DNA of 64,000 nucleotides from Lama glama (lineage: Eukaryota). The notes below the pieces were generated by a model. That model made no database searches. It worked only from the letters and a program-made list of their open reading frames with translations, and was not told the DNA's origin. Below, in pieces: positions 11,314-23,960 of this stretch. Each line of letters starts with the position of its first letter. Within the stretch, counting starts at the first letter, position 1. A program made the translations under genes and the position numbers. The stretch covers positions 76,944,001 to 77,008,000 of the forward strand of contig CM052816.1 of assembly GCA_028534125.1 (NCBI GenBank), read 5' to 3'.

Positions 11314-11355
11314 CACATTCATATGTTCAGAGTCCACATTCATATGTTCAGAGTC
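11314..11355. repeat. Perfect 21-bp tandem duplication (cacattcatatgttcagagtc)x2
   Basis: Copies at 11314-11334 and 11335-11355 are identical. Confidence 0.95.
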
Positions 11356-14300
11356 ATAGGGCTGAAAGAGAACCTAAACCTGAGTACATTCTTAAAATTC
11401 TCTTATGTAGTCATCTAGCCAGTCATATTGCATCGAATGAGCAGTGTGCCTGCTAATGATGAAATTTATATAAAATATAAAATTGAGGATATGCCAAGAC
11501 TTCAAACATACCTGTTTAAGGAGTCAATTGAGTTTAGTAAGAAATGTAGAAAAGAATTTTTTAACCTTAATTACCTGGATTTTAAAGAATCTGGCTCATT
11601 CAATTACTTTGCCATTTTTTAATCTCAAAATGTTGAAGAATTTGGATTTGTATTGGTTTGTTATCATCAGTCAGCGTATTTCTGCTGAATGTATTATCAG
11701 GTTAGTAAGTGTTAATGTGAATCAGGAAGGCATAATTCATGGCTTCAAGAAGTTTATATTATAGTTAGGATATACCTATATCAGGGCATAATAGAAGACA
11801 GTAGTCTCTTATGCACCTGCCAGTTATCTTTATAAAGGAATCAAAAACCTGAGGAATTCAGGAAAAAATGGGAGAAAGGTAAGAAAGGACCTAGGAGAGA
11901 AGACCTCATTGAAGTGTTGACCCCTTTGAGACCTTTGCATAAAAGGGTAGTATTTGGATAGTTAGAGCTCTGGATAAGTGTTTTAAAAATTGTACTTCAT
12001 TTTGTGAACTAACATATTTCTGTCATATTACTCAGTATTCGAAGATAATGTTGAGAAAAAGTTGATGATGAGTTCTGTGTATAAGTCTCTTAACTATTGA
12101 AGACTGATTATATTTCAAACTAAGGGCTTTTTAAACCTTTGAAGTTAGTTCTGGACTAGACTGAGAGATTTTAGGCATATTGTGAATTAATTGTGTGCTT
12201 GTGACGATGAGTATCTAGATGCTTGGCTGCATTCCAAAACCAAGCATAAATTATTTTTTTTCTTCCATTGTTTTGTAGTATGTGTCTCCTTTCCCCTTTA
12301 TTAATACTGCATGTTCAAAGGGCTCTATAAATTTGTATCAAACCTGTTTCTAGATGTATGCAATTTGGAAATAGAGACTATAAATGGGATGAATAATGTT
12401 TTTGTTATTTCCCACGTTAAAATGACTGTATTTTCTGATTTCAAAATTGAAACGTGTGGCCTGACAGTGAGAGAGAATATTTAAAATTAAGATTATTTTG
12501 AAAAACATGGAATGTTTCATTGCTAAATCCAGTCACCCTAACCAGCCCTTTAGTTATATGGGTAAAGGATAAACAGTGCTTGGAAAAATTAACACTCGAT
12601 TAAAGGAGCAGAAGGAAAGTTGAATTGCCCCTTGCAGGGATTTTAGTAATTTTACTCAGAACCCAGTGTAATTTCATGTGTTTCTTATAATGAATAAATA
12701 GTGAAGAGACACAGAAGCTATAAACAAAGATTGCCAAGTAATTTACTTTTAGTTTCTGAGAAGAAACAGCTTGCCAGGTAAAAGTGTATTTACCTGGTTT
12801 TAGATGTATGTACGTATACATTTTTATCAGTAGTTTCATACCCTGAGAAATCACATCTTAAAATATTGCTAATTATTTCCATGCTTAATGTACATCCCTT
12901 ATATACTGAAACTTTTAATTGCCCTGTTTTTTTCCTACTCATAATTCTGTATAATACACTCCCTTATCTTCACCACACCACCATCACCACCAGCCCCCTC
13001 CCCCAAGAAAAAAAAAGAAAAAAGAAAAACTGAAGGGAATAGAATTGCAGAAAAAATAAGAAGACTTCAGTGGTTGGAGGTAGGTGAGCTGTGAACTCTA
13101 ACCTTTAGCTATATGGCAATTTCTGTGTGTGTGACCAAGTGGCAGGTGGAATATTGTGGAACACTTTATTGAGCACATGTGTTACAGATAAGATTTTAGT
13201 CATATCTGTCACATATTATATTAATGTAAAATCATGATAATACAATATTTGAACACAAATAGTTATTTTTTTACCTTGTTTATTTAGAGTGACTTGTGGT
13301 TTTATTTTATTACTGCGGGTTGTAACTTCTAGTGTTATCTTTGAATGCTATAACTTGGTACAGGGCAGGTCAGATTAATTCTTATGTCATATAAGATTTC
13401 ATATGTCATGTAAGAATAATTCTTAACATAAGGTTTTATAACTTTTTAATGAGTAAACTTAGATTAGCATAGTCTTAAAATGTTTAAATCACTTTTTATA
13501 TTTTAATAAACTTTAAAGTAGCTTTTTTCTCTTTTGTCATGGCTTTCTTATGGGAAAATTCAGTGTCGTGTGTTCATGTTTCAAAATTGTTTTGAATATA
13601 TAAATGTATATTATTATGTTCCCTAGCAAAATAGAAGAAAATTTTTAAAATGCTGGTTAGTTTTCAAAAGAAGATAAAAAGATTAAGAGATTTGAATAAA
13701 CTATGGCATTGCCTTCTGCTATGTTATTGTTTCTTATAGTTACTTTGTTAAGAGTTTTGATCTAATTTTTTTGAGTCCTTGGAAAAATTTTTTACTTACA
13801 TCAATAATTGTTCCTATATTGTAAAAGTGCCACAGGGAAAAAGTGTAATTACTTTTAAAACAAGTAATTATATTTCCACTGAATATTAACCTGGAATACT
13901 TAAATATGAGTAGATTTGGGGGAAGTATGTGTGTATATAAATATTATGTCTGTTTTTAAGCATATTTGGAAACTACTTTAGAAAGTTTTTTACTTTTATT
14001 GTGCTGTAAAAACTGGACTTACTAATACTTTATGGAAAAAAAGGATATATAGGTTGTGATTATGAAGAGTTAAGGGACCCTACTGTCAGTAATGTATATG
14101 AACTATAGTGAATAAACTTGATGATACATACATTGAATTTTTATTGCCATCTTTTGGAGTGCTTACTTTTTCATTCTGATTGTTTTCCAGATAGGTTATT
14201 GCCTCATAGCATAGTTCAAGGTAGATGAGGTATGACTTGATAAAGTTGTTATGTATGTCCACAATATGGATAGTTAGGATTTATATAGAGAGAGATATTA

Positions 14301-14374
14301 AGGCACAAAATATGTTGAGATAATAAGGTACAAATATTGACAAAATAACATGCTAATGGCATGATACATAGACA

Positions 14375-14595
14375 GTGTAGCACTGTAGCTAAGGGCCTGA
14401 GCTTTGAAACCAGACAGGTGTGGATTTGAATCTTGACCTTGCTTCTTAGAATTTTTTGACTTTGGACAAACTGTCTTCTGAGCAGGTTTTCTCATCTCTA
14501 CTGGAGATAACATTTATTTGAGGAGTGAATGAAATGTTTGTAAAATGTTTATTACAGTTTTGGCATATAGATATAAACATATTAAGTGTTCTTTA
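14375..14595 (+). mobile_element. MIR SINE
   Basis: gtgtagcactgtagctaagggcctgagctttgaaaccagacaggtgtggatttgaatc...gactttggacaa...tttctcatct. Confidence 0.7.
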
Positions 14596-14899
14596 TGTGG
14601 TCATTTAAAGCAAGATGAGAGAAGGGAAAGATAAGTGTAGCTGGAAAAATAAAATGGGGCATTGTTTCAACTCTGAATGAGTGGATGTGGTTAAATCAAG
14701 AACAGTAGGGCATGAGTAAAGACATGAAATATTTTACTGAGAGGAATAAGAAAAATAATAGAATTTTAGTATTCATACTAGGTTTGTAGGTTAGGGATAT
14801 TGTAGGATAGAGGGCCTTGGAAACTATGTGATGTTAGACCCTTTTTTTTTTAAAACATGTTTAAATAATATAGTGAGAGATCAGTAAATGTTGTTTATG

Positions 14900-15200
14900 G
14901 TTTTTAGCTGATAAGAAACATAGATCCAAAAATTGTCATAAATTTACAGTTCTGTGGGTTTAAACACAAATTGAATACATGAATAATCAGAACCCAGAGC
15001 AAGAATCAGAATATTGTAAAACCCTAGAAGTTCCCATTTTGTCTGTATCCGGGCACTACTTCCCCCACCAAGAACACCACTATTCTGACTTCTAACACCA
15101 TAGATTAGTTTTGCCTGTTTTTGATCTTTGTATAATGTACTCCTACAGCATATATACCCTTTTGGTATCTGACTTCGTATGCCAGGTACTAAGTTCTATC
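14900..15200 (-). mobile_element. Old L1 (L1ME-type) 3' end
   Basis: caccactattctgacttctaacaccatagattagttttgcctgtttttga, a hallmark antisense L1M 3'UTR segment. Confidence 0.7.
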
Positions 15201-17009
15201 ATTGTGTCTTATGTAAACTTAAAAGTTGTTTTAATCCAAGTCTGCTTATGTGTGTCAGTTATGTCATGATGTGTGTGGATTTTTTTCATTTGGTCGGGCA
15301 GTGGATTTATATGAGTAAATGGAGTTTGGAATAATTACAGTAATTCCAACTTAAAAGCATTTTTAAAAATCATTTTCTGAATATCTGTCTTTCAGCCTGA
15401 CCTTTTGGCTTAGTAGGTTTTAGCCACTAACACATCTAAATAGATGATTTTTTTTCCTTTTTTTTTTTTCATAATGCTGTTTAAAGAAAAAGCCTAGATA
15501 ATCTGATCACCATTAAGAGTTCAAAGCTACAAGTTAGAAAGAAAGTTGGAAAATTAGAATTCCAATTCAATAAAAGTTTTGTGATGACCTAAATTGCTAA
15601 AATGATTACCAAAATTGGCTAAGTATTTCTATGGTGAAAAAGGGAGGATGATAAACATTTCTTGGTCCTCACTTCAGTAATATTCTCCTGTGGAAGACCT
15701 CATTAATAGTTATAAAGTGTCTCTGTGTGTTTGTTTCTCCCTCTTTCACTTGTCTTTTTCAGTTTCTCTCATTGGTTTCTATTTCTCTTTTTCTATTTCT
15801 AGTCTTTGTTCTGGTGACTCTTTACTATCATAGGATGTGCTATGGAAATGGACTACATTTTTCTTTTCCTGTATTTGATAATGTTTTATATTCTTTGATT
15901 TAAAAAGTTTTATTTATTTATTTTTTACTTAATCCTTCATTGAATTTTAGTGGGTTTTTTTTTCCTCTCTATGAGTTGGTGATGCTTTGTTAGAAAAAGA
16001 TTTCACTGCCCATCTCTTGGTGCATATCCCCAAGAAATTAGAACTGAGTATTGCATTAGGAAATTGACTAAATACTTGAAAGCATCCTGGCAACATGTAC
16101 TTAGCATAGATTAGTAGAATAAAGAACATTTTACTTATTTCAATTGCAAAAGCAAGAGTAAATGTGAAAGTGAAACAAAATATTGAACTATGCTGAAGGT
16201 GAAGAAGTTTTAATGAAGTACATTTTCTAAATGTTGTTAATTTAAAAAAACTAGTGTTCACTTCATTTTAAATATTCAAAATATTTTAAATTTTTATGCA
16301 TCTAATCTTTGGAAGTATGGGAAACAATGAGTTTGGAATTCCCTGAAGGTAGGAACTTTTAACAACCTTGGAAGATTCTTGCTGATTCTGAGTCCAGGCT
16401 ATTTAGTTCACTGGGCAGATTTAAACTCAGTGTGGATTATTAGTTACCCAAAGAATATTTGTTTTTAGTGGTAAATTTTGAGTGATTGCTTGTTTGATTC
16501 TATTAATTAGGAGGGCAAAATGAAGTAAATTTATATTTTTAACCATGTTTTTCAGTGTTATATTACTTACTGCTCTTGTACATAGTGGTACATATTTTCC
16601 CCAACTGTTTTAAATGATTTCTTCTAGAATAGAAGTGAAGTAGTATGATAAATTGTTGGCTGTCTGACATGATCAGAACTTGGTCTAAAGTTGTAACTTG
16701 GTCATGATATTTTGATTATTAGAACATTACAAATATGAAGGACTTATCAAATGATGTGTTGTTTTAGCTGACAGTCTAGAAATTACATACTTTGAAGTAG
16801 ATGTTGTTTTCCTTCTAAGTAGTCCTCTTGGAAAGGCATGTCCTTGTTGTAGTGGTGATGTCACTATTCAAAACATTTAAAAAATTATGCTTCTGAAGAT
16901 TAGTAAAGCTTATGATATAGATCTTTAAGTTGCTGTTTGGTTTGTCCTTTGGAATGAATTGGAGTTTGGGAAATGGTTAAATATAAATTGGGCTCAAATA
17001 TAATGAGAA

Positions 17010-18620
17010 TTCATTAATTCATTGATTCATTCACTCATTAATTTGAAGAGAATTCATTGAGCACCTGCTGTATTTTTAGCACTGTATTAAATACCGGAAT
17101 ATGTGTGACAAGATAACTTTTGTAAAACATATGCAACCGCTGTACGTGATGACTGCCGTTATAATCTAGTCCCCAGCTTCCTCTACAACCATTCTCATTT
17201 CCTAACTCTTTTCTTTTTGTTCACTATATTTGGCAAAACAGCCTCCTTGCTGTTCATTCCTGCTCATATTCTCTTTTCAGGGCCTTTGTACTTATGTTAC
17301 ATTCTGCCTGGATTTTTCTTCCCTCAATCTTGGTGCGCTTGCTCCCTCACTTCATTAAACTCTGTCCAAATTTAACTTTATTAGTGAGGCCTTCTCTGAT
17401 CATTCTTAACTAAAGTAGCCCTCGTCTTAATCACTTTCTATTCTTTTATATTATTTTCTTGCATAGCCCTTGTCACTACTGCTAATTATGGTATTATTTA
17501 TTATTTGTCTCCCTAGAATTTAAGTTTTGTGAGGACAAGCACTTTGTGTTGTTCACCATTGTATTCTCAGTGTCTAGAACACCCCCAGCACAATATATGT
17601 GCTTCATAAGTATTTATTGGCTGAATAAATAACCATCAAATTTGTGTCTTAATTTGAGGGCTCCTGATCAATTTCTTCGCTTCTTACTCAACACCTTAAC
17701 TATGTAGTCACTAATATCAGGCTTTTTGTGTTTCAAACTTGATAATTATCTTACTATTCTAAAAAATCTTCCTGTATTTTCTATCTGGGTTTTAAGAGCA
17801 GTACTTTAATGGGGTCAGATCACCCAAGAGGACACCCAGTCGACATCCTAGCCTCATTTCTTGTCCTTATTCTACACATCAAATCTGTGACCAGATGATA
17901 AAGATTTTATTTCTGAAATACTGGTAAGATCTGTTTTTTCCATTTCTGTTGCCATGCCTTTACTGAGGCCTCATTTCCTTTCCTGGGTGATTGCATTGGC
18001 TTCATAACTGCTCTCCCTGTCCCAGTTCTGTCCTTTCCCAGTCTACTCTCTTCACTCTAGCCAGAAACAAGTTTTCCACAAAGTTAATTTTCTCAGCAGG
18101 GCTGAATATCTTCCTTCTTTGGGCTTATATAGTATATGTTACCTTCCTTATACTATTGCTGTAATTTGTTCTCTCAGTCAAAGTTGATAAATCTTTATTT
18201 ACCTTTACTATGTGCTGAGTAGGACTTTCTTTTGCTGGTGATTCAGTGGTGGAAAACATTGAGTCTCTGCCCTTGGGAGTTTATGTTCTTGTAGGGAGAA
18301 CACAGACAATAAACATGTGAACAAAGAACTTCAAGTATGAATAAATACTCTGAATAGTATAAAGTTGGTTATATGAAAGAGAGTTGATTATTGTCAGATA
18401 AAACTTCTTTGTGGTGGTGATTCTTAGTTGATCCAGGACTAACGAGGAGGCACTAAGTGAAGATGTAGGGGCAAAGTCTTCTAAGTAGAAAGAAGATACA
18501 ATACAAAGGCCCAGAGATAAAAAAGATCCAGTTTGGTTAGTACTTGATGAGGGAGAGTGGAGAATATGAGTTTAGGGGTGTAGGCAAGAAATAGTGTAGT
18601 TGAGGTTTACTGGTGTGGAA
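17010..18620. mobile_element. Cluster of L2 fragments in both orientations
   Basis: Antisense end ttcattcactcattaatttg...ttgagcacctgc (17010-17100); sense 3' end gtgaggacaagcactttgtgttgttcaccattgtattctcagtgtctagaac...tgaataaat (17150-17632); antisense body 18190-18620. Confidence 0.65.
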
Positions 18621-19069
18621 CCTCAAAGCTGAATCTGAATAAGCACTAGGAGTTTAGAGTTGGCAGAAACTTTAGAGATCACTTCATGTAGTGAGACCTA
18701 AAAAAAGAAGAGGGCTCTCTATATACTAAAGGTAGATCAGCTGTTATTATACTTTGAGGAGACTTATAACAATATTAAGAAGGTTCCTTGAGATAAACTA
18801 GTCAAAACCCCCCTCCCCTTACCCTTTGTTGGTTTTATTGTATGTTTACACACTAATGCACACATAAAATAGGAATTATAAGTTATGTGAAGCAACATTA
18901 TTTCAGATCTTATGGGTAATTTGTACAGGTCTAGATTAACTACAGTTTACTTATATAATACTGTGAAGAAATTTTAATGATATCAGTTTAAACTATTTTG
19001 CTTGAAAGATTAACACATTTCTCTTTTGAAAAAATACATTTCTAATTATTCTGTGAAATGAAAACTCAT

Positions 19070-19275
19070 GAGTTTGTAGTGGGGAAGATCTAGATTCAAG
19101 TTCTTCCTCTATACTCTGCAGGGAAGTACCTAATATGCTATTTAATTTTCTGAGCCTAAGTTTTCTTATTTGTGGGAAGGGATATAATACTCTGCCTCTT
19201 GCAAGGTTATAACAGTGAAAGTATTACGTGAGAAAATTTGTTCAAAGATCCTAGCATAATGTCTGGCAAGTGCTT
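19070..19275 (+). mobile_element. MIR SINE
   Basis: gaagatctagattcaagtt...ctgagcctaagttttcttatttgt...cctagcataatgtctggca. Confidence 0.55.
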
Positions 19276-19473
19276 GAGCCAAAACCCAGGGGGCAAATGT
19301 TATTAAATAAATAGTAGTAAATTAGCCATTCTTTTGATCATGGACATTTGGGTCATTTGTAGTTTCTTGCTCTTATAAACAATGATTTTATATATAGCCT
19401 TCTATGTGAAGTCTTGGTACTCATACGTAAGTTTCTCTAGGTTATAAAACTTGTAGAATTATGGCTTATATGA

Positions 19474-19509
19474 TGTGTATGTGTGTGTGTGTGTGTATAT
19501 ATATATATA
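19474..19509. repeat. (TG)n(TA)n compound microsatellite
   Basis: tgtgtatgtgtgtgtgtgtgtgtatatatatatata. Confidence 0.9.
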
Positions 19510-20537
19510 AATAAAATAGTAGCAATATATAAAAATTGCTCCTCATCCATGCTTTTGTCAACATTTGGGGTTATCAGACTTTTATAAAAATATTTTATTA
19601 TGAAAAATTGAAACATACACATATGTAGAGAAAAAAGTACAAGGAATCCTAATGCATTCCTTACCCCACTTCAACTATTATAAACATGGGGCAATCTTAC
19701 TCATCCGTGTATCTTGCTCCTCCATTTGTGGGTAATTTTAAAGCAAATATCAGGCACATATTATTTAATTTGTGATTACATCAGTGTGTATCTCTAAGGG
19801 ATAAGGACTTTTAAAATATAAAACTATGATACTTTTAGCACAGCTAAGTAAATTAACAGTAATTTATTTATATCATCTAATATTTAGTGTTCAGATTTTC
19901 CTGATTGTTTTACAGATATCATTTTGGGTCAGGATTCATACAAGGTTCATTCACTTTTGATTTAATTTTCTTAATATGTAAAAGTGATAAACTGTAAAAT
20001 CATTTTTCTTTTTGGGTAGTCTGTCTTTTTGGTCTGTATTATTTCTTTTGCTTTGGTCTTAAACATCTTAAATAAAAAGTATTTAGCTAGTTATTTGTCC
20101 TACTTTGGGATTCTTTGGGTGTCCTGATTCTAAGTATTTTTCATGTTTTTGAACAATTTAAAAAAGTTCTCATTCTTTGACTTTGAGTATTGCATCTCTT
20201 TCATTTTCTATTACCTCCTTTAGGAATTCTTAGTAAATGCATGTTAGACTGTCTATTATCTTTCTTTTTTTTAAACTCTTTCATGTATTTTGTCTCGTTT
20301 TTTCTTGGGAGCTGTGTTCTGTGTAGTATCTTCAGATGTATCTTTCAATTCATTAATTCTACCCTCAGCTGTGTTTATTATGTTTATCGTCCTCCCTATC
20401 CCTCTATTCCCCACATAGAGTTTTTTTATTTCAGTCATGATATTTTTGTTTCAGGAAGTTCTGCTTTGATGTTTGTTAATTTTTTTTTATGCTGCTGTCT
20501 TGAATCTTATATTTTCAATCCTTTGTTTCCTTTAAAC

Positions 20538-20755
20538 CAAAGATTTGCAAGTTATGGCTTGCAAATAAGGCTTACAAATGCTGCGTTTGTAAATTGTTTT
20601 ATTGGGACATAGCCATACTCATTTAAGTCTTATCTATGGCTGCTTTAGTGCTACAGCCACTCAGTTAAGTAGTTGAGATAGTGATCTTACGGCCTTCAAA
20701 GCCTAAAATATTTACAGTCTGACCCATTATGGAACAAGTTTGCCAACCCCCTCTG
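20538..20755 (+). mobile_element. MER58A (hAT-Charlie) DNA transposon
   Basis: ttttattgggacatagccatactc...ctatggctgcttt...aaagcctaaaatatttac...aagtttgccaacccc; degenerate 8-bp TSD ctttaaac/ctttagat. Confidence 0.8.
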
Positions 20756-21282
20756 CTTTAGATATATATATAAACATAATTATTATTTCATTGTATTATG
20801 TTTATGATAATTCTAGAGTTTAGTCTTTTTAGATTTTTTGTTTATTGTTTCTGTTTATAATGGCTTATTTTCATGTTTCCTTCTGTGTTTATGATTTTTG
20901 CTTTTGCACTTAATTTGTTAGGTTACTCAGGCTAAAGGTGGCTACCTATTTGGGTGGATGGGTTGGGGTGATTGAATTTGCTCCTGCTTGCTGCCTAGGA
21001 GTACAGTGGACCAAGAGCTACTTAAAACTCTCACATTGGGATATTTTTGGATCATTCAAAGAGTGTATCTAGGTTCCTAAGACACCTGTGGTTGATTCCA
21101 TAGTCTCAGGGAAGTCTCTTTTTATTTGTTTTGTTTCTGTTTTCAACTTTACCCAGAGATCTTTGCTCTCTGCCTCTGTTGGATGAATGTTCTTCTAAGT
21201 GTATCCGAAGGTCTGACTTTATGCCTGATGAATTCCTTGTCTTGCACTAGCCCCGGGCTAAGCCCACAGTCTTCAAGTCTTG

Positions 21283-22000
21283 CAGTGTTTCTCAAATTTT
21301 CATGTTGTTTTGGAGATCCCCAAGGCCACCCCCATGTTCAGTAATTTGCAGGGAAAACTCATAATTTGCTAGGAATACTACAGAGGAATAATTTGCTAGG
21401 AAGACTACAAAAGGATACAAAGCAAACTCAGCAAAGAGAAAAGATACAGAAGGTGAAATCTTGGGGAAACCAGGCAAAAGCTTCTAGTGTCTTCTCCCAG
21501 TGGGCCCTCACAGGACATGCTTCATTCTCCCAACAATGAATTGTGACAACACATGAAGTATTATTGTCCATCGGGGAAGTTTGTTAGAGACTCAGCCCCC
21601 AGGGTTTTTATTGAGGACTTATGAAGTAGGCAGCTTCTGTCTGGGAGGTAGCAAAATTCCAGTCTTACAGAAGGAAAGCAGGTGTTCAGCCTAAACCATA
21701 TTGTTTGTATAAATGATTTAGGCCCCCTGAGCCGTTCTTACCAGTTAGGGTGGTAGAAATCCTCCCCAAATTTGTTTCTGGATGCCTGCCAAGGGCTAAC
21801 CTGGTAAGCAGACCTTTTTAAGGAAAAGCAGTTAGGCCTGCTAGGTTAGCTTTTTCTGCATAAATGTACAGATGAATGGGGATGTTGTTTTAATGAAGAG
21901 TCAGATCGAGTAGGTATGAGGGGGCCCAAGATTCTTCATTTCTAACATGCTATCAGGTGGTACCCATGTTGGTAGTTCACAGATATACTTTAGCAGCTAG
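21283..22000 (-). mobile_element. MER5A1-like hAT element split by an LTR insertion
   Basis: Left end cagtgtttctcaaattttca (21283-21302) resumes after 21860 as ...gagtaggtatgagggggcccaagattcttcatttctaacatgc...ctttagcagctag. Confidence 0.6.
21303..21860 (-). mobile_element. MER21-family solo LTR
   Basis: ccccaaggccaccccca...ggggaaaccaggcaaaagcttc...gagactcagcccccagggtttttattg...cagaaggaaagcaggtgttcagcctaaaccatattgtttgt. Confidence 0.75.
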
Positions 22001-22311
22001 ATAGTTGCTTTGAAGGCTAGAAGTCCTTCTTTCCAATAGTATTTTTTATCCTAAACAATAAGTTTGTATTCTGAATTAGCAGAAAATTTCTTTATTGGGG
22101 ATTAAATTCTCTGTGCTGACAAACTTTTTCTTCTGAAGTGATATAGTTTATTTCTTATTCAGCTTTATCCAACTTGAATAAGGAGATCTAAATTTATACT
22201 TCAATATTGGCACATATTTTGTGCCACTGGGAGAATGGAAGAAGTGACAGTTCCAATGACTTTGTTGTAGAAGAGAGTACAGGATTTGAAATGTTGGTAA
22301 TCTTAATTGTA

Positions 22312-22622
22312 CAGACCCACATTCTCTTATCCACAACTTTGAAAAACCAGAAATTCTGAAAATGAAAGCTAATTCCATAAATAACATGACCTGACAAAAC
22401 CTAACCTGACCTAAACTCATTTGGCAGCAAAACCTGACCAGAAATTATTATCTCAATGTGTTGCCTTATGTTTCACCTAAAAAATATTACTGTATGTGAA
22501 TATGTAGTATTTCCCCTAACCCTATTGAGGTTAAATCTGTGGTATATTACATTAAAATAAAAAATTTTTGAATTCCTAAACCTATCTAACCCCAACATTT
22601 CAGATGAAGGATTATGGTCTTA
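22312..22622. mobile_element. Tigger-type (TcMar) non-autonomous DNA transposon
   Basis: Imperfect TIRs cagacccacattctcttatcc / cagatgaaggattatggtctta flanked by TA; internal aaactcatttggcagcaaaacctgacc. Confidence 0.65.
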
Positions 22623-23149
22623 TAGTAGAAGCTTGGAAAACAATAATGTTTCAAAAGCACTATCAGAATGAACAAATAAATATAAAAATATTAGAAGTTA
22701 GTGCAGATCATTTTCAGATCTCCTGTTCGTGCAAGACATAACCAAGGAAATGCATTATATTATTTTGTTTGTAATAGTTCAAAGCTTTTAAAGTTAAATT
22801 CAAACAGCATGCGTAAATTTACTTTTAAATTTTGATTATTGAGGTTAATACGACTATTTATGCATGCCTAAGTGAAATGTGGGGAAGAATAAGAAGTAGT
22901 AAATTTGTAATTAAAGGACTTGTTTACACTTGTATTATACAAATCAGATGTGTACTATGACATTCTTGCCTGATTAAGATCATCATTGACCAAGGCTCAT
23001 GAAAAGGCTCAATTTATCATGTGTTTCCTTCATGCATGGGACTCCAGATTAGCCAGTATGTTTTTGTTTTGATAATTTTTAGATGAGTTGTGTAAAAATG
23101 GTAGTAACTGCAAGGCACTGATTCAGAACTTAATAGTGTATAAAGACAA

Positions 23150-23960
23150 GATGTTGTTGTGATATAATCTATATTAAGAGGTGCTTAAGATACATATACT
23201 GAGATGTCTCAGTGATATTTGGTGGCTTCTTGGATATAATTTTCTAGTTTAGACAATATTACTATTGCCTGAAGAAGGAAATTTTGGAAAGGTTTTTTTT
23301 TTTTTAAGGATGAATCAGTTTGATTACAGGATATATTGAATTTGAGATAGACAGACTACCAAAATTTAAACAGAGATGTGTTGCTTTAATTGAAGATAAA
23401 GTGTAGAATTGAAATTTTGAGGCATTGTTTATTTAATGGTTAAAATTGAATTTGTTAGAGTTATGGAGTCAGTGAAGAGAGAAACTTGAGAGCAAATGAT
23501 AGAGCTTTAGATAATAAAGGATGTGAAACAGGAGGGAATGCAAACCTTTAAGGGAGGTACATAAGGAACAGTGAGAAATAGGTATGAAGAGGACCAATAC
23601 AATTTAATTATAGAAACCAAGGGAGAGAAGGTTCGTATTGGCCAGGACTATAATGCAAAAGTTAGGGAATAAGAAAGGTCTTTGCATTGGGCAGATAGTA
23701 AATTTGAGAACAACTTTTGTAGAATGGTGGCCTGCATACCTGATTGGTGTTTAGAAGGTAAGGTAAGAATTAATTAACTTGAATCTCAGAGAAATTTGCT
23801 AGAAGTAAGTAATGTCACTTCAAAAATGGGAAACAGTGGGCAGAAGCATTTTTTTTAAGACATAAAAGAGCTAGTGGAAGACTGCGATCAGTGAGAAATA
23901 GTGAATAATTAGTGTGGAAGCATTAGAATGAGATAAGTTGTGGAACCAAGAGTACAAATG
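23150..23960 (-). mobile_element. L2 fragment (antisense)
   Basis: gatgaatcagtttgattacaggatatattgaatttgagat...gaaaccaagggagagaagg...gtagaatggtgg. Confidence 0.5.

Larger units (their letters stand above)
19320..21280 (-). mobile_element. Old L1/HAL1-type fragments (antisense), interrupted by a microsatellite and MER58A
   Basis: gatcatggacatttgggtcatttgtagttt, ttttattatgaaaaattgaaacatacac (L1M 3' end), followed by T-rich ORF1-like antisense sequence. Confidence 0.55.

Noticed and set aside
11314..11355. Direct repeats as a possible CRISPR-like array
   Set aside because: Two adjacent copies with no spacers, eukaryotic context and no cas genes.
15947..16261. 104-aa minus-strand ORF in intron 2
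   Set aside because: No recognisable family, composition mirrors the AT-rich background, and no supporting gene structure.
20190..20612. 140-aa F/L/S/C-rich ORF (similarly 33556..33873 and 36485..36874)
   Set aside because: Translations of T-rich antisense L1 or CT low-complexity DNA.
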